Virus record (IMG/VR): IMGVR_UViG_3300025141_017118
Span: 38,121 to 102,120 of that record
Direction: 5' to 3' (one strand)
Length of the DNA: 64,000 nucleotides
Source of the DNA: a virus
Part shown: positions 38,301 to 48,410 of the stretch, piece after piece
Layout of the letters: every line of letters begins with the position of its first letter
Numbering within the stretch: the stretch's first letter is position 1
The notes under the pieces: generated by a model
Seen by the model: the letters and a program-made list of their open reading frames with translations, nothing else
What the model was told of the DNA's origin: nothing
Database searches by the model: none
Made by a program: the position numbers and the translations under genes

Positions 38301-40843
38301 GCGTGCATCCCGGTCACGGTGCTCGGGTCGTAGATCCACTTACGCCACATTTTAGTCTCATCATTACTGTCCCAATAGGGGCCCGCGGTGGCATCCTGAC
38401 TTACACCATCCATCTTTGTCAGAATTTTTGTGGATATTTGTCCCAGAATATAGGAATATACAGACACAGGGTGCAATTCATTATCCCATGTGTCAGCTAA
38501 AGGAATTTCGGCAGAGGAAGGATGATCTTTAGTTTGTTGACTGGATACCATATCAAGGAGATACCTACAACACTGTGATGCATTGCTTATGGAACCCTTT
38601 AAGTCCTTAGCAAATCCCGGAAATAATTTATAGGTCTCAAAAAGTTTAACAGGGTCACCGGTAGACGGATTATTTCCCACCGGCCCGACCAAAGTGTCAA
38701 CCATAAAATCACCGCCGCTTGTTAAGGTAGCTGCGGATCCAGGAGTATCTAGATTGAATGACTTAAAGTCCGGGCCCTCAAAGGACATGACACCATTAAA
38801 GTCACCGGCTAATACATTTTGATCACCATTATCAATGGTTATAAATTCTGCGGGCCGATTATAATCACCCTGTGATACCCCTGAAATCTTCCACGTACTG
38901 CTATTGCCGTCGTAGTGTACCTTGAGGCCCTTACCCTGTTGGGTGGTACCGTACAATATCGGATCAAATGTACCAAAAATATCCTTAAAAATATCTACGA
39001 TATTCACATTATTTTGATCTAGGCTCAAGACTTTTGCCATATCAAAAGATGATGGGCCACCCTGTAGTTTTGAGAAAAAGCCAATCCCTGCAGACACTGA
39101 TAGTTCTTTACCTAACAACGTAGCATAATGACATAGTTTCATACCTGAGCTTGCATACATAAAATTGGAGTCCAGCTGGGCTTGAAATACGGCTTCTTGG
39201 TTAATATTTGAATAGGGAGCACCAAACCTTATCAGCGGTTCCTTCTGTTTAAACCCTAGTTGGGGAAGTGTTAAAATAGGGGATCCCCAATTACTTCCCA
39301 TTGAACCAGGAAAACTTGGATCTAGCGAAAATGTTGATTGAGGCGGTTGTGGGATCATTAATCCTAAAATTTTTCTATGATACTGCCAGCTTCCTACCTC
39401 ACATATGCGAATCAATTCTTCAATAATTTTTGCATACGCCTTTGTCGCTGAAAAATTTGCCCAGCTGTTCGAAGCATAGTCGTATTGACCAAAGTATCCC
39501 AAAAAATTACCGATGTGTGGTTGGAACTTTACATTGCCATAAACAAAAGGTGTTGGGGCATCGGGCCCTGCGGTTCCCCACCAGCCGGGAATATTATTTT
39601 CTTGTGCCGGATTTGGGAACCCGGCATCACCCTCAGTTACATACTTTGAATAAAATACATTGTTATAATCTTCTATATCATGATCAGCAACCACACTTTT
39701 AAATAACAACGATTTCTTTGCATGTTGCATCATGTTATATAGTTCGATATGTGACTTTAGGTCTGACTTTAGAGTATTTACCTTATATGTCAGAGTATCG
39801 CGCAGTTCCTTGGCTAACCCAGGTGCGGTTTGTGCCTCTTCAATCTTTGCGACACATTCCCTAGCAGCCTGTATTCTTACAAATGATTGTTTAAAGCGTA
39901 GATCCACAACATCTTTTACTGGTTGTGTAAATCCCAATGCACTGTTTACCTTCTTATCAGTGTCAGCATCAATCATAGTGGCCGGTTTCCAGTCTAACAG
40001 CGCAATGATTGATGGTCGACCGGGGGAAAACTCGGGCCGAATTATTTCTTTGTCGTCCAGAATACCACCTCCAGGATCAACTATTCCTGGCTCACCTAGG
40101 TGAATGTCAATAGCTCCCTCCGAAATGGAATTATCACCTATCATAATAGCGTCATTTTCTATATCGATATTAACAGGTACTTCTTGGAATGCAAAACCGC
40201 CGCCCATGGGATTGTTACCCATGGACATATTTTCGCCGGACATCCCAGCTCCGGCTATACCGAGCTGTTTATCTTTAGAAAAATCAGTCTGATTTTCTGC
40301 CGGTCCATCCATACTAATGCCACCGGCGATTTGGGCACCTCCCTGGCCCCCTAAGGCCCCCGAAAAGCTCTTAGAAGACTTTTGTGATTGAAAGTCTCGT
40401 TGTGACGGTGGGTAATTAGGCGGAACTGAAGACTCTTGTGTTAGTTCTTCCTGCATCATAGGAGGCTCGTCATTTTCTGGGGACTCTATATATGCAGTTA
40501 ATTCCGTGGCCTGGCCTGCGCCTGAGGCATTGGCATCTGACGTTTCATAGGACTTATAATCATTATTCTCCGGGTTGGGTGAAATATTCATGATCGGAAC
40601 ATCATTAACATTCGATCCCGCGTCTGCCATGGGACCTGTGTCGGCTTCGTTGGACTGTCTTTGTTCTTCTTTTAGCACTTCGATCTTTAGTGCAGTATTA
40701 TCCTGAACATTTTCTTCGGCTGCATTTTCTACTACAACATCCGCTGCCGGCGAGTTCTCCGCGTCTGTTGAGTTATATCCATCATTACCAGTGGCACCTG
40801 GAACATTTTGACCTACCATGCCTTTTGCTAACTTAAAGCTCAT
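35333..40843 (-). CDS. Very large hypothetical protein (1836 aa), probably virion-associated
   Basis: Uninterrupted 5.5-kb ORF in the baseplate module; acidic low-complexity N-terminus; no recognised domain. Confidence 0.65.
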   Translation of the reverse strand: MSFKLAKGMVGQNVPGATGNDGYNSTDAENSPAADVVVENAAEENVQDNTALKIEVLKEEQRQSNEADTGPMADAGSNVNDVPIMNISPNPENNDYKSYETSDANASGAGQATELTAYIESPENDEPPMMQEELTQESSVPPNYPPSQRDFQSQKSSKSFSGALGGQGGAQIAGGISMDGPAENQTDFSKDKQLGIAGAGMSGENMSMGNNPMGGGFAFQEVPVNIDIENDAIMIGDNSISEGAIDIHLGEPGIVDPGGGILDDKEIIRPEFSPGRPSIIALLDWKPATMIDADTDKKVNSALGFTQPVKDVVDLRFKQSFVRIQAARECVAKIEEAQTAPGLAKELRDTLTYKVNTLKSDLKSHIELYNMMQHAKKSLLFKSVVADHDIEDYNNVFYSKYVTEGDAGFPNPAQENNIPGWWGTAGPDAPTPFVYGNVKFQPHIGNFLGYFGQYDYASNSWANFSATKAYAKIIEELIRICEVGSWQYHRKILGLMIPQPPQSTFSLDPSFPGSMGSNWGSPILTLPQLGFKQKEPLIRFGAPYSNINQEAVFQAQLDSNFMYASSGMKLCHYATLLGKELSVSAGIGFFSKLQGGPSSFDMAKVLSLDQNNVNIVDIFKDIFGTFDPILYGTTQQGKGLKVHYDGNSSTWKISGVSQGDYNRPAEFITIDNGDQNVLAGDFNGVMSFEGPDFKSFNLDTPGSAATLTSGGDFMVDTLVGPVGNNPSTGDPVKLFETYKLFPGFAKDLKGSISNASQCCRYLLDMVSSQQTKDHPSSAEIPLADTWDNELHPVSVYSYILGQISTKILTKMDGVSQDATAGPYWDSNDETKMWRKWIYDPSTVTGMHAVYMTEAFRVAYTRSETNDSNAKSMLFQLLLARRDKRLAKRAQDGDDQLEWYRLHPNVSNVGVTGLNSWDAPYALVDSSGKIIPVDSSSSKVGIVANMLAEIISGQVGDPSIKDSELYAGYMKDVAANHYADESLKITEPIVVFQGTPAYKLDKVVATQLLTNVTYTNIRTKLIQAVSGAGTDDSDDVNIFDVIIDACLYLQQRAANANSINKPQPLATDLDTKAWYSSVNAGTVFSAQFGANLILAGPDTSDTWDSLAQGAGAFNGQSNTITGAAKCTRWHGLDENALLYLVFEMFLDVLGAHSPVTSWAQEALDQYWDLAGEQEHHVYYCNPELARQLALYIDYIRRVRTGRESPNPDLFWFENGEFFTQENLTGYSSAGSTSMDESAGILSEEKINGGKKAAITIANITADHRGWSELNAPFELMFSEVDAGNMGLSILEKYAKDLCDIGTTYESFLETKPDEVSSYASYRLSEQQDFEKDVYKGITRENLAYRSSILGSQGLRTPLIGHNPQYTFENDPYRWFSPDEYVNGEHDLKSPSLGQGAPYFGQNSWAMHMLYSDPELEFPRGGNVKVLAVGIPPGLIEQLRDAQQNHSSQELVGTDLAAKNNLADESQSTVIRVNVVRKSMLYDEIVFETQRFSYDMCVFLPYNFSYYLSSATGQIALPEMPASPGEAPMAQGEFEHLGKVLAERRDPTLRPYAVQDEPDWEGCFTPSGRQFKSVVEQGYWGGTPNHKQATEGPYARLGGQPGTFQNKREIRGMLLNHFRDRLLKLYYRTGFGVRFDEGVFMPSKYSSLNDVWISELGLKYLTDAYATFSAEDKKYLSTGKLLPVDMVEPGVNAPGGSLPDGTGTHFRVKTVADLTNEINAGMINEAEVRMFRMIAGMPFLKKTYTLKHQVPLVFDRTFLIPIDIDRWRIDLVNTPQDTIETLQGMGAITGTAAGGMYLLNQGAQVQMPNYGNEAESLYPITTEEIVSFDQYYCYIELV

Positions 40844-40846
40844 GCC

Positions 40847-43510
40847 TTATATCTCCATAGGATCTAAATTCATCCCGGTAATCACGGAAACATCATCCGA
40901 AATATTTCCAAATTTAAAATTATTCAACACGGGAATAATATTGTAAACCTTTCTTCCAATAGCACCAGACAACTTTTTGTCAATAAAGCTGTATGTATTA
41001 CCTGGAGAGAATGTATGAAGGGTACCCACCGGTGCTGACAATCCTTTATACGTACAAAAGATTAGAAAATGATCAATATTTCTTGCATCACCACGCTCCA
41101 CTGACCATGATAAGACGGTATTCCCTCTGTCAATAGACGACATAGGCTTTGATAATGTTGGGCCCTGCTTTTTAGTTCCATTGGAAATATGTGTGCGTAT
41201 AGTTGATGTTTTGCCCTGTATAAATTCATTTGAGTCAAAGAGTATCGATGACTTTAAAGTCTTGTCCAGTATTCTTTCGGGGGGTGTTGTTGAGGTTTTT
41301 AAAGTGACTGGATTTTGAAATTTCCGAAAGTCTTTTTCAAAATTTGCAAGTGTTTGACCATCCTTCTCGTCCTCGACTAATCCTTTAAATAACGTCATTG
41401 GTGAACGTCTTAAAACAGTAACCTCATATCTATATGTCACGCCAGGGTCTGGATCGGCTATTCCCAGCCTATCCCTAACTTCAGGAGTGTCGCTAAAAGT
41501 ACCTGCCGGCACAACACCAAAATTATCCTTTATACCGGTTTCCATGTTAATGCGTACAACTAAAAAAGATATTAAATCTAAGTACTCCTGGCGATTTGTC
41601 TTAATATTTTCTAGAAAGTCAGTAGAAGCACCCGAGTTTTGTAGCTTACTTACTAACGACTCTAAACCAGCATCTAGATCTCCTGCCTGTTGACTGGCAT
41701 TTAAATCCATCGCGACGAGCTTAGTATTTCCGACACCTCTCTCTTTAATATTCTTGATCTCAAAACGTATCGATGCATCGATACGTGCATGTTCATGTTC
41801 CACAAAAGCATTGGATAAGATATGATCACCCATTAATGTTATTAATTTTAACTGATATACATATTTTCTTCCTATCAAGGCATCATGATCTAAAAATGTG
41901 TTTGTTTCAAGCCCGGTGCCACGGCACTCCTGAATTTGGTTTTTAACATCACCTACTATTCTATCTTTCAACATTCCTAATCTAGGATTTGTCATTCCAG
42001 TCACATCTTTTGCAATAACGTAACATGAGACAGCAGGGGTTTGAAGCAAATCAACCTCAATCTCTACACCCTCCTCAACACTCCTGGCACACATAACAGC
42101 TCTTGTCTCCTGGATGGATACTTTAGAAACACGATTTATTTGGCTTCTCCGTGGAACTGATACGGCAGATGCTATTTCCTGCCCATATAAAGAGGAGTTC
42201 ATTGAGATGGCCCTATATAATATCGGAGAATCTGAGTTGTTATTGTCAGTAAACTCATAACTGCCATCACGAACTGTCATAGACTTTTTTAAGACCCGTG
42301 TGTAGGTAGAAGCTGCAGGGTTTAATGTACTTATTGATTTCTTAAAGACTAAAATCTCGCTAGCAGCGAGATCATTCTGTCTTACCTGGACGCGTGTAAC
42401 ACCTGGAGAAATGCTTTTAACCATTAGCAATGGAGGTGATTGCGGTCTCCTAAAGTTGCCTAGTTTATCTTGCATTTCTACGCTAGTTTTAATAGCTTGC
42501 GCTATAGAACCATTTTTCCTGCGTAGAAAAAATTGGAAAAAAAGACTTGACGACTCGTAAATTGCACTTTTTGGAACTGTAACATCACAGACAAATGGAA
42601 CAAATTGTGGAATGACCATTTGGGCACCTGAAGGGTGTGAAGCCTGATTTTTTCTTGTTATGGCGGTTTTTCTTATGTCATTAGAAATAGCATTTCTTGC
42701 TGGTAAGAAATCTGTGTTCAATTGAGAATTTAAGAATGGCTTGACCGGTATTGGACGATTATTATACTTTTCTAGGGTGTGAAATGTTGATATATCCGAA
42801 CGGGTGTCGGCCGACCGTGTACCATCAAAGGAATACTCTGGTGTGTCTACTGGAAACGAAAAGTCAAAAATAGATATTGGGTCCGTATGTTCACGATAAA
42901 TAAGTTGATAGTATTTATTTTCTAAGCCTGTGGTACTGAACACTTCTGTATAATAACCCGGGTCGGTCATACTGGTGAATAATTGCCACTGTTTCGGGTC
43001 ATCAGCATGCGTCATCTCTTTTATTAGCATTTTTGAAGGACGCAAATTTTTGGAAGGTATTTTGGGATCATTTGATGATAGGCCTCCCACCTTGCTATAA
43101 TAAGGTAAGGATACTTTTGGAGCCAGATATAGGCCGTCCGGACCAAAATTTTTCATACCAGCACTATTTGAGACTAGTGTAGTCATATCAAATGAAACAT
43201 TAGTAACATGCGAGTCGGTATCTCTATCAGGAATCTTTCGCCTCCGGCGGGCCATCGTCTTAATCCCATTAATAAAGCCTGTCCTGCTATTTTGAGGCTG
43301 AGGACTTCTTAGTGGTTGTGACGGATCACTAGTGTATATGTCCAGGCTAATTTCCTGTGTCTTTTGTACCAATGCAGAAAAAGGGTTAACCCATAGCTCC
43401 ATCCTTAATACGGCAACATCATTGTTCTCGGCAATAATATACATGTTATCATTTTTAATTTCAACCAGAGCACTTACGCGCTTTTTTCCGCTTTTTCCCA
43501 TTGTTAACAT
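40847..43510 (-). CDS. Large putative virion protein with repeated Fn3/Ig-like domains
   Basis: Repeated F.D......Y.Y patterns (YEFTD..ILYRA, TFLD..KYVYQL, TFSD..TYRYEV, SFID..VYNI). ATG 43510 follows GGAGG (track start 43525). Confidence 0.6.
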   Translation of the reverse strand: MLTMGKSGKKRVSALVEIKNDNMYIIAENNDVAVLRMELWVNPFSALVQKTQEISLDIYTSDPSQPLRSPQPQNSRTGFINGIKTMARRRRKIPDRDTDSHVTNVSFDMTTLVSNSAGMKNFGPDGLYLAPKVSLPYYSKVGGLSSNDPKIPSKNLRPSKMLIKEMTHADDPKQWQLFTSMTDPGYYTEVFSTTGLENKYYQLIYREHTDPISIFDFSFPVDTPEYSFDGTRSADTRSDISTFHTLEKYNNRPIPVKPFLNSQLNTDFLPARNAISNDIRKTAITRKNQASHPSGAQMVIPQFVPFVCDVTVPKSAIYESSSLFFQFFLRRKNGSIAQAIKTSVEMQDKLGNFRRPQSPPLLMVKSISPGVTRVQVRQNDLAASEILVFKKSISTLNPAASTYTRVLKKSMTVRDGSYEFTDNNNSDSPILYRAISMNSSLYGQEIASAVSVPRRSQINRVSKVSIQETRAVMCARSVEEGVEIEVDLLQTPAVSCYVIAKDVTGMTNPRLGMLKDRIVGDVKNQIQECRGTGLETNTFLDHDALIGRKYVYQLKLITLMGDHILSNAFVEHEHARIDASIRFEIKNIKERGVGNTKLVAMDLNASQQAGDLDAGLESLVSKLQNSGASTDFLENIKTNRQEYLDLISFLVVRINMETGIKDNFGVVPAGTFSDTPEVRDRLGIADPDPGVTYRYEVTVLRRSPMTLFKGLVEDEKDGQTLANFEKDFRKFQNPVTLKTSTTPPERILDKTLKSSILFDSNEFIQGKTSTIRTHISNGTKKQGPTLSKPMSSIDRGNTVLSWSVERGDARNIDHFLIFCTYKGLSAPVGTLHTFSPGNTYSFIDKKLSGAIGRKVYNIIPVLNNFKFGNISDDVSVITGMNLDPMEI

Positions 43511-43514
43511 ATCA

Positions 43515-44912
43515 TTACCCTCCAATCTCGTTGATGTCGTTGCCCGTATCCAAAACTGTTACAGTAAAAATATTACAAAAACGCATTGCCGGATCCTTTT
43601 CTGGATCTACCTGATACATTTTGCCCACAAAAAATATTCGTGTGTTTCTTATAAAGCTATGATCCTCTACAAGGGGAGAGTAAAATGATTCTCGAAACTC
43701 ACCATAGTCGACTGTACTAAGCTTTTTAAGTTTTCCATCTTCTGAAACCTCAAAGAACTGTATAACCATATTATTTTCGGCAGAGGTCTCGGGCGATTTT
43801 ATGAGTGCTGATGGTTGTTTATAGCCATTTAAAGAAGACATAATGTGAATTGAATCGGCCTTAAAAGGATCAGTTGTTTGTGCATTTTTCCAGATTCTCT
43901 CATATGGAAACATAAAGACTTGTCTCGCAGCAGTATAGTCGTTGATTCCCAGCTCATCATATGCATAAAAATCAGCGGCCGCTATTCGAAAAAGATCCAT
44001 AAACTCCGGATCATCATGGGGTTTAACACCGGTTGCTGGATCTGGTTGATTTAGCATCCATTGGGTATACATCCCCCCGCCCTCCCAAAAGGGATGATTA
44101 CTAACATCTTCTGTTTTCGAAATCATCTTAAAGGCTTGATGTGCATTGATTGTTTTTAAGTTTGCACCTGTCTTTATAAAGGGAAGAATCTTAGGCATGC
44201 TGGCGCCGGGAGTGAGTTTATTAATCGGCGGAAGAAAGTCAAAATTGGGTTCATGTTCCCATTTCCAATCCTCATAAATGGGCGTTACGGTATTGAGCTG
44301 GCGTATGGAAAAATTCCAGTCATTATCAATTTTTGGTGCAATATCTGTCACATCAAAAGAAATACTATTATTGAGCGCTCCATTTACACTTAAGACAAAG
44401 TTTTTTGGACCATTAAACGGATCATTAGTAGCTATGGTATTTTGCTCATTAAAATTCTCAACGAATCTCTTTACGAATGCTTCTCCAACGTCAATGGATG
44501 ACAAACCAAGATCCATATCTTGGATACCCCAGAGATCGTCATCGCCATTGGCTAAAGTGTCAGGAGAATCCTCACTTATAAACACGTTCCCTACGTTTTC
44601 GTTACCATATACACCTTTTTCATCATTTGCCTTCATCGGTGTAGTCAACTTAAGACGGCCGTTGAAATCCACCTCAGGTGTAATTAAATCCTGATATCGA
44701 TTGGACGCTTCAAAATAAATCCTATCCCCAGCATCGTCTGCATATAATTTTGTGGCAGAGCCCGTTATAGATCCTGACGTGTTATAAAATGCATGCCTGT
44801 CTGTAAAGGTTACATATTTTATTTGCATTCTTCCCGAAGATGACTGTCGACGGGCTTCACTACTAATTAGGGTATCCAGTATCCTTGTCTTATTGTCTAA
44901 TATTCCTGCCAT
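43515..44912 (-). CDS. Tail/baseplate structural protein
   Basis: N-terminus MAGILDNKTRILDTLIS.EARRQ.....IKYVTFTD resembles 32503..33219. Confidence 0.55.
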   Translation of the reverse strand: MAGILDNKTRILDTLISSEARRQSSSGRMQIKYVTFTDRHAFYNTSGSITGSATKLYADDAGDRIYFEASNRYQDLITPEVDFNGRLKLTTPMKANDEKGVYGNENVGNVFISEDSPDTLANGDDDLWGIQDMDLGLSSIDVGEAFVKRFVENFNEQNTIATNDPFNGPKNFVLSVNGALNNSISFDVTDIAPKIDNDWNFSIRQLNTVTPIYEDWKWEHEPNFDFLPPINKLTPGASMPKILPFIKTGANLKTINAHQAFKMISKTEDVSNHPFWEGGGMYTQWMLNQPDPATGVKPHDDPEFMDLFRIAAADFYAYDELGINDYTAARQVFMFPYERIWKNAQTTDPFKADSIHIMSSLNGYKQPSALIKSPETSAENNMVIQFFEVSEDGKLKKLSTVDYGEFRESFYSPLVEDHSFIRNTRIFFVGKMYQVDPEKDPAMRFCNIFTVTVLDTGNDINEIGG

Positions 44913-44945
44913 TCTTTATACCCCTATAGTCCATCTCCACAATAA

Positions 44946-47900
44946 CTATTCAATTCTTATCGCCTCAATCCTAGAAGGATTGCCTGTTCGGTCAACCGCA
45001 TGGCCATCAAAATATGGAAGTGATGATGTAAAAAACTTACTTAAGTTCTGTGACGTTGTCTGGTCAGCATCAATTATATTATTAGAGCTGTCAACAAACA
45101 TGACTTTTACAGGGCCATCTTCTACACTCGATACCCCTCTATTATTCGGATCTTTTACAAAAAATCTTGTATCACGTCGTTGTTCCAGCATATCCCTAAA
45201 TTGACCATAATGATCATAACGAAAAACAGCGCTGGAATTAAATTTATTAATTGATGCTATACCATACCTGAATCCCTGTGAATCAACAAATCTTTCGTTT
45301 TTTACCCACCTGGTTGACCTTGCACCAGTCGAGTCGATTACATCGACCAGTTTGTGTTTATATCCCACCTTAAATAACACTGATTTTATCTGATCATAGT
45401 GCTGCATTCCCAGCAACAGTGATCGATCTTCAGTAGCGCTTAATACTAACGTCATAGATTCATCAGTCACACGTGTAGGTGTATTTGCATAAGGGAATGG
45501 TAATGATGCACTAGATGCGACGATGGTAAGATCACGGCTGGCGAAGTTCCTGAGTGCTCCGGATGGAAATATTACAGGTCCCCTGCCTCTTCGCATCGTC
45601 CTTCCTGAAAGTGTTTCTATGTCGGGGCCTCCCTGCTTAATATAATCTGTAATGCTGGGCATCATAGAATCATAATACCTCTCAGTATCGTCTACTATCT
45701 TAAATCCTCTTAATAAAGAGCCAGTAATTCCTTGTGTACCGGCAGCAGTAGAACCTCGTAGCCCGCGGACGTGATCACTAATTGGTGGTATTGTGTACCC
45801 CAGACCGGTCTTAAAAAATCTACCAGCGCATATGCTGTCAATAAATGAACCACTAAATGAAGAAACAGGTTCTACATCAAACTGATCTACAATTGGATTG
45901 TCATAATGTAACGCCTCATGTATCGCATTACTAGTCAGGGGCTGGTTACTTTCTGACTCTTTGGGCAATGATTGCTTAAGTAGACTACCAAATAATGTTA
46001 CTTTACTGGGACCGGGAGCCATATTTGACGCATATAAGTCTGCTATTGCTTTTTCGCCTGTGCTGTCAAAGCTAAATCCAGGTTGTTGTTGTGATACAAA
46101 ACCAAAAACCAATCTGTCTTTTGGCATTAAAATGTAAGGGCTAGTCCTCTGGAGATCCGTCCATGGCTGTAGCATTGGTTCGTTGAGGGGGTTTGAGGCA
46201 AATGCCTCAAATTTACTACCACTAGGGACTGCACCCGGTATGGGTGCAACCATACTCCTTCCGCTGGCGTTTCCAAATAAATCTCTACCCCCATCGGGGT
46301 TTCCGTACCAAAAATAGTCAGATGTGGGGGATGGATCTCTAGTTCTTGAGGCATACGGAGCATTTGTCCATATACCAGGAGAGGTTACTGCCTTCTCCAA
46401 CCTAAATGAACCGGTAACACCATCCTGTCCGGATTTTTCCTTTAAGATCAGATCTCTTTTTTTCCAATAGGGTAATGCATCTATATCTACGCTCGAGCCA
46501 GCAACTGCAATGCTTCCGAAAGCAACTAGCTCCTTGTGCCTAGACACAGGAAACGGTCCATTAGGCACTGATAACACCGTGTTAGTGCCCTCTGTCTCAA
46601 GATACTGTAACATCCTACCGGACGTGATGGAGTTATTTAGGGACGTGCCAAACTGATTTAAAATAAAAAAGTTAGATGTTGATGTCGCATTTAAAAGTGA
46701 ACCAATAGGGTATGTGCCTACCGTCCCCGACCACTCGAAAACCATTTTTTCTAATAGAAATGGGTGGGTAAGATATTTTGACATATCAAGTAATTGTGAA
46801 CCAGTCGCATCAAACTTACTTGCCTGCGGAAATCCTGCATAATTTGTTGGCATACCTGAAGTTTCTGCAGTTCTATCATAGGGAATAGATCCAAACGCAA
46901 TTCCCATAACCTGGTTTCCAAAAGCGACCATTGACCCTGTTCGGACCATATTTCTTTCATTAGCGTAATCTACATTGCTACCTGATGTCAGGTCTCCTAT
47001 AGCCTCCCATCGCCTATTATTCCAGTTAAAGTATGCAATCCCTGAATTTACTCCAGCAGCATAACCAGAAGCATTGGGTAATGTACCGGTCGACCATGTG
47101 ATCTTTGTATCTTCCAGCGGGTCTAGGTTTATCACTATTTGTGTCTTATCAGCTAGCCGTGCATCAAACCCGGGCAATATATTGGGATCAGTGCCTGTTT
47201 GATAAAATGATGATGCCGCATCTAGGTACACGCGTGTTTCATCAAAAGGACTTATTGATTGACTTGGTATGTTATTTTGATTTATCTGAATTAGTGCATC
47301 AGAGACACCAGGAATAAGACCTCTCACCCCTGTTAGCGACGACGTAAGATAAGAGACTGAGTTTATGGTATCAAATAATGGATAATCCTTATTAAGCATT
47401 ATTGGGTACTGCACTGTCGTTGTTGAATTTGTACCGGAAAATGCCAGAGTCAGCCGGTCATCAAATGGATCTGTAAATGTCCCTAAAAAGTCTTTATCAC
47501 CCGTCCTTGCGATTGTGGGGTATTTGCCTAGTGCATTATCCTTTTTATTCAGTTGGACCCTAGGGGGCAGGTTTGTGGGGCCTGAGATGTATCCAGGGCG
47601 GAGCGTTTTATTATATATTGCCTTAATTTCTTCATCGGTTAACCGAACGCCCCACATTGCAAATTCCGCCAACTGTCCATCAAGCTCGGAATCAGGTGTA
47701 GGCCAGGCACCAATATATAAAGCGCCTGATGAATCAGGTTGCATACCATCATAACTAGATGAACTTGAATAATCCTCCATGTCCACTGTCACGCCATTCA
47801 CAAATAATGACATCCCTACATATGCAGAGGGCCCTCCCCGGCCGTCATATGTTACAACAATATGATTCCACTTTTGGTTATAATCGCTAGGAGATACAGC

Positions 47901-48410
47901 AGCGGCGCTTCGTATTTGTTGCGATGAGGTATTGGCCTGGTCACGGATACTAAATACAAATTTTTGATCAACACCATGGTATAAAAGATATTCCCAGCCT
48001 ATGCCACTATCTTTAGCAAACAAGTAATGTGGTTCGCCGGCTTCGATATTATCAAAGTTTACCCACAGACTAATTGAAAATGGTTTATCAGAACCAACAT
48101 ACGGAGTGCCGCCACTTGCAATGTGGCTAAATGATAAAAGCGCGCTCGTCACATCTGCGCTTCTGCCGGCAGAATCATTAAATGTTGCTGCTGGAACGTT
48201 GGCGCCGTATTCACCTAATGCCACCATAGAGGCGGGTACCGTCCCATTATACGTTATTGATAATGAATGTGGGCCTTCATCAATAGGTGCAAGGGGTGTC
48301 ATATGTGCCCATATAACTAATTGATCAGAGCACCTCTGTGAGTACACATGTCCACTATAAGAAAATGTGCTATTTAAGTCGTATACACCAGTTTTATTTG
48401 CGGTAGCCAT
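44946..48410 (-). CDS. Tail/baseplate protein with N-terminal LamG domain
   Basis: FSISLWVN, WNHIVVTYDG, LFVNG, LYIGA, DGQLAEFAMW...LT.EEI..IY. ATG 48410 overlaps the upstream stop (TAATG); track start 48422. Confidence 0.7.
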   Translation of the reverse strand: MATANKTGVYDLNSTFSYSGHVYSQRCSDQLVIWAHMTPLAPIDEGPHSLSITYNGTVPASMVALGEYGANVPAATFNDSAGRSADVTSALLSFSHIASGGTPYVGSDKPFSISLWVNFDNIEAGEPHYLFAKDSGIGWEYLLYHGVDQKFVFSIRDQANTSSQQIRSAAAVSPSDYNQKWNHIVVTYDGRGGPSAYVGMSLFVNGVTVDMEDYSSSSSYDGMQPDSSGALYIGAWPTPDSELDGQLAEFAMWGVRLTDEEIKAIYNKTLRPGYISGPTNLPPRVQLNKKDNALGKYPTIARTGDKDFLGTFTDPFDDRLTLAFSGTNSTTTVQYPIMLNKDYPLFDTINSVSYLTSSLTGVRGLIPGVSDALIQINQNNIPSQSISPFDETRVYLDAASSFYQTGTDPNILPGFDARLADKTQIVINLDPLEDTKITWSTGTLPNASGYAAGVNSGIAYFNWNNRRWEAIGDLTSGSNVDYANERNMVRTGSMVAFGNQVMGIAFGSIPYDRTAETSGMPTNYAGFPQASKFDATGSQLLDMSKYLTHPFLLEKMVFEWSGTVGTYPIGSLLNATSTSNFFILNQFGTSLNNSITSGRMLQYLETEGTNTVLSVPNGPFPVSRHKELVAFGSIAVAGSSVDIDALPYWKKRDLILKEKSGQDGVTGSFRLEKAVTSPGIWTNAPYASRTRDPSPTSDYFWYGNPDGGRDLFGNASGRSMVAPIPGAVPSGSKFEAFASNPLNEPMLQPWTDLQRTSPYILMPKDRLVFGFVSQQQPGFSFDSTGEKAIADLYASNMAPGPSKVTLFGSLLKQSLPKESESNQPLTSNAIHEALHYDNPIVDQFDVEPVSSFSGSFIDSICAGRFFKTGLGYTIPPISDHVRGLRGSTAAGTQGITGSLLRGFKIVDDTERYYDSMMPSITDYIKQGGPDIETLSGRTMRRGRGPVIFPSGALRNFASRDLTIVASSASLPFPYANTPTRVTDESMTLVLSATEDRSLLLGMQHYDQIKSVLFKVGYKHKLVDVIDSTGARSTRWVKNERFVDSQGFRYGIASINKFNSSAVFRYDHYGQFRDMLEQRRDTRFFVKDPNNRGVSSVEDGPVKVMFVDSSNNIIDADQTTSQNLSKFFTSSLPYFDGHAVDRTGNPSRIEAIRIE

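Noticed and set aside
35333-40843. 1836-aa ORF as tape measure protein or virion RNA polymerase
   Set aside because: It lacks the Ala/Gly-rich helical periodicity of tape measures, and I saw no DxDGD catalytic motif; left as hypothetical.
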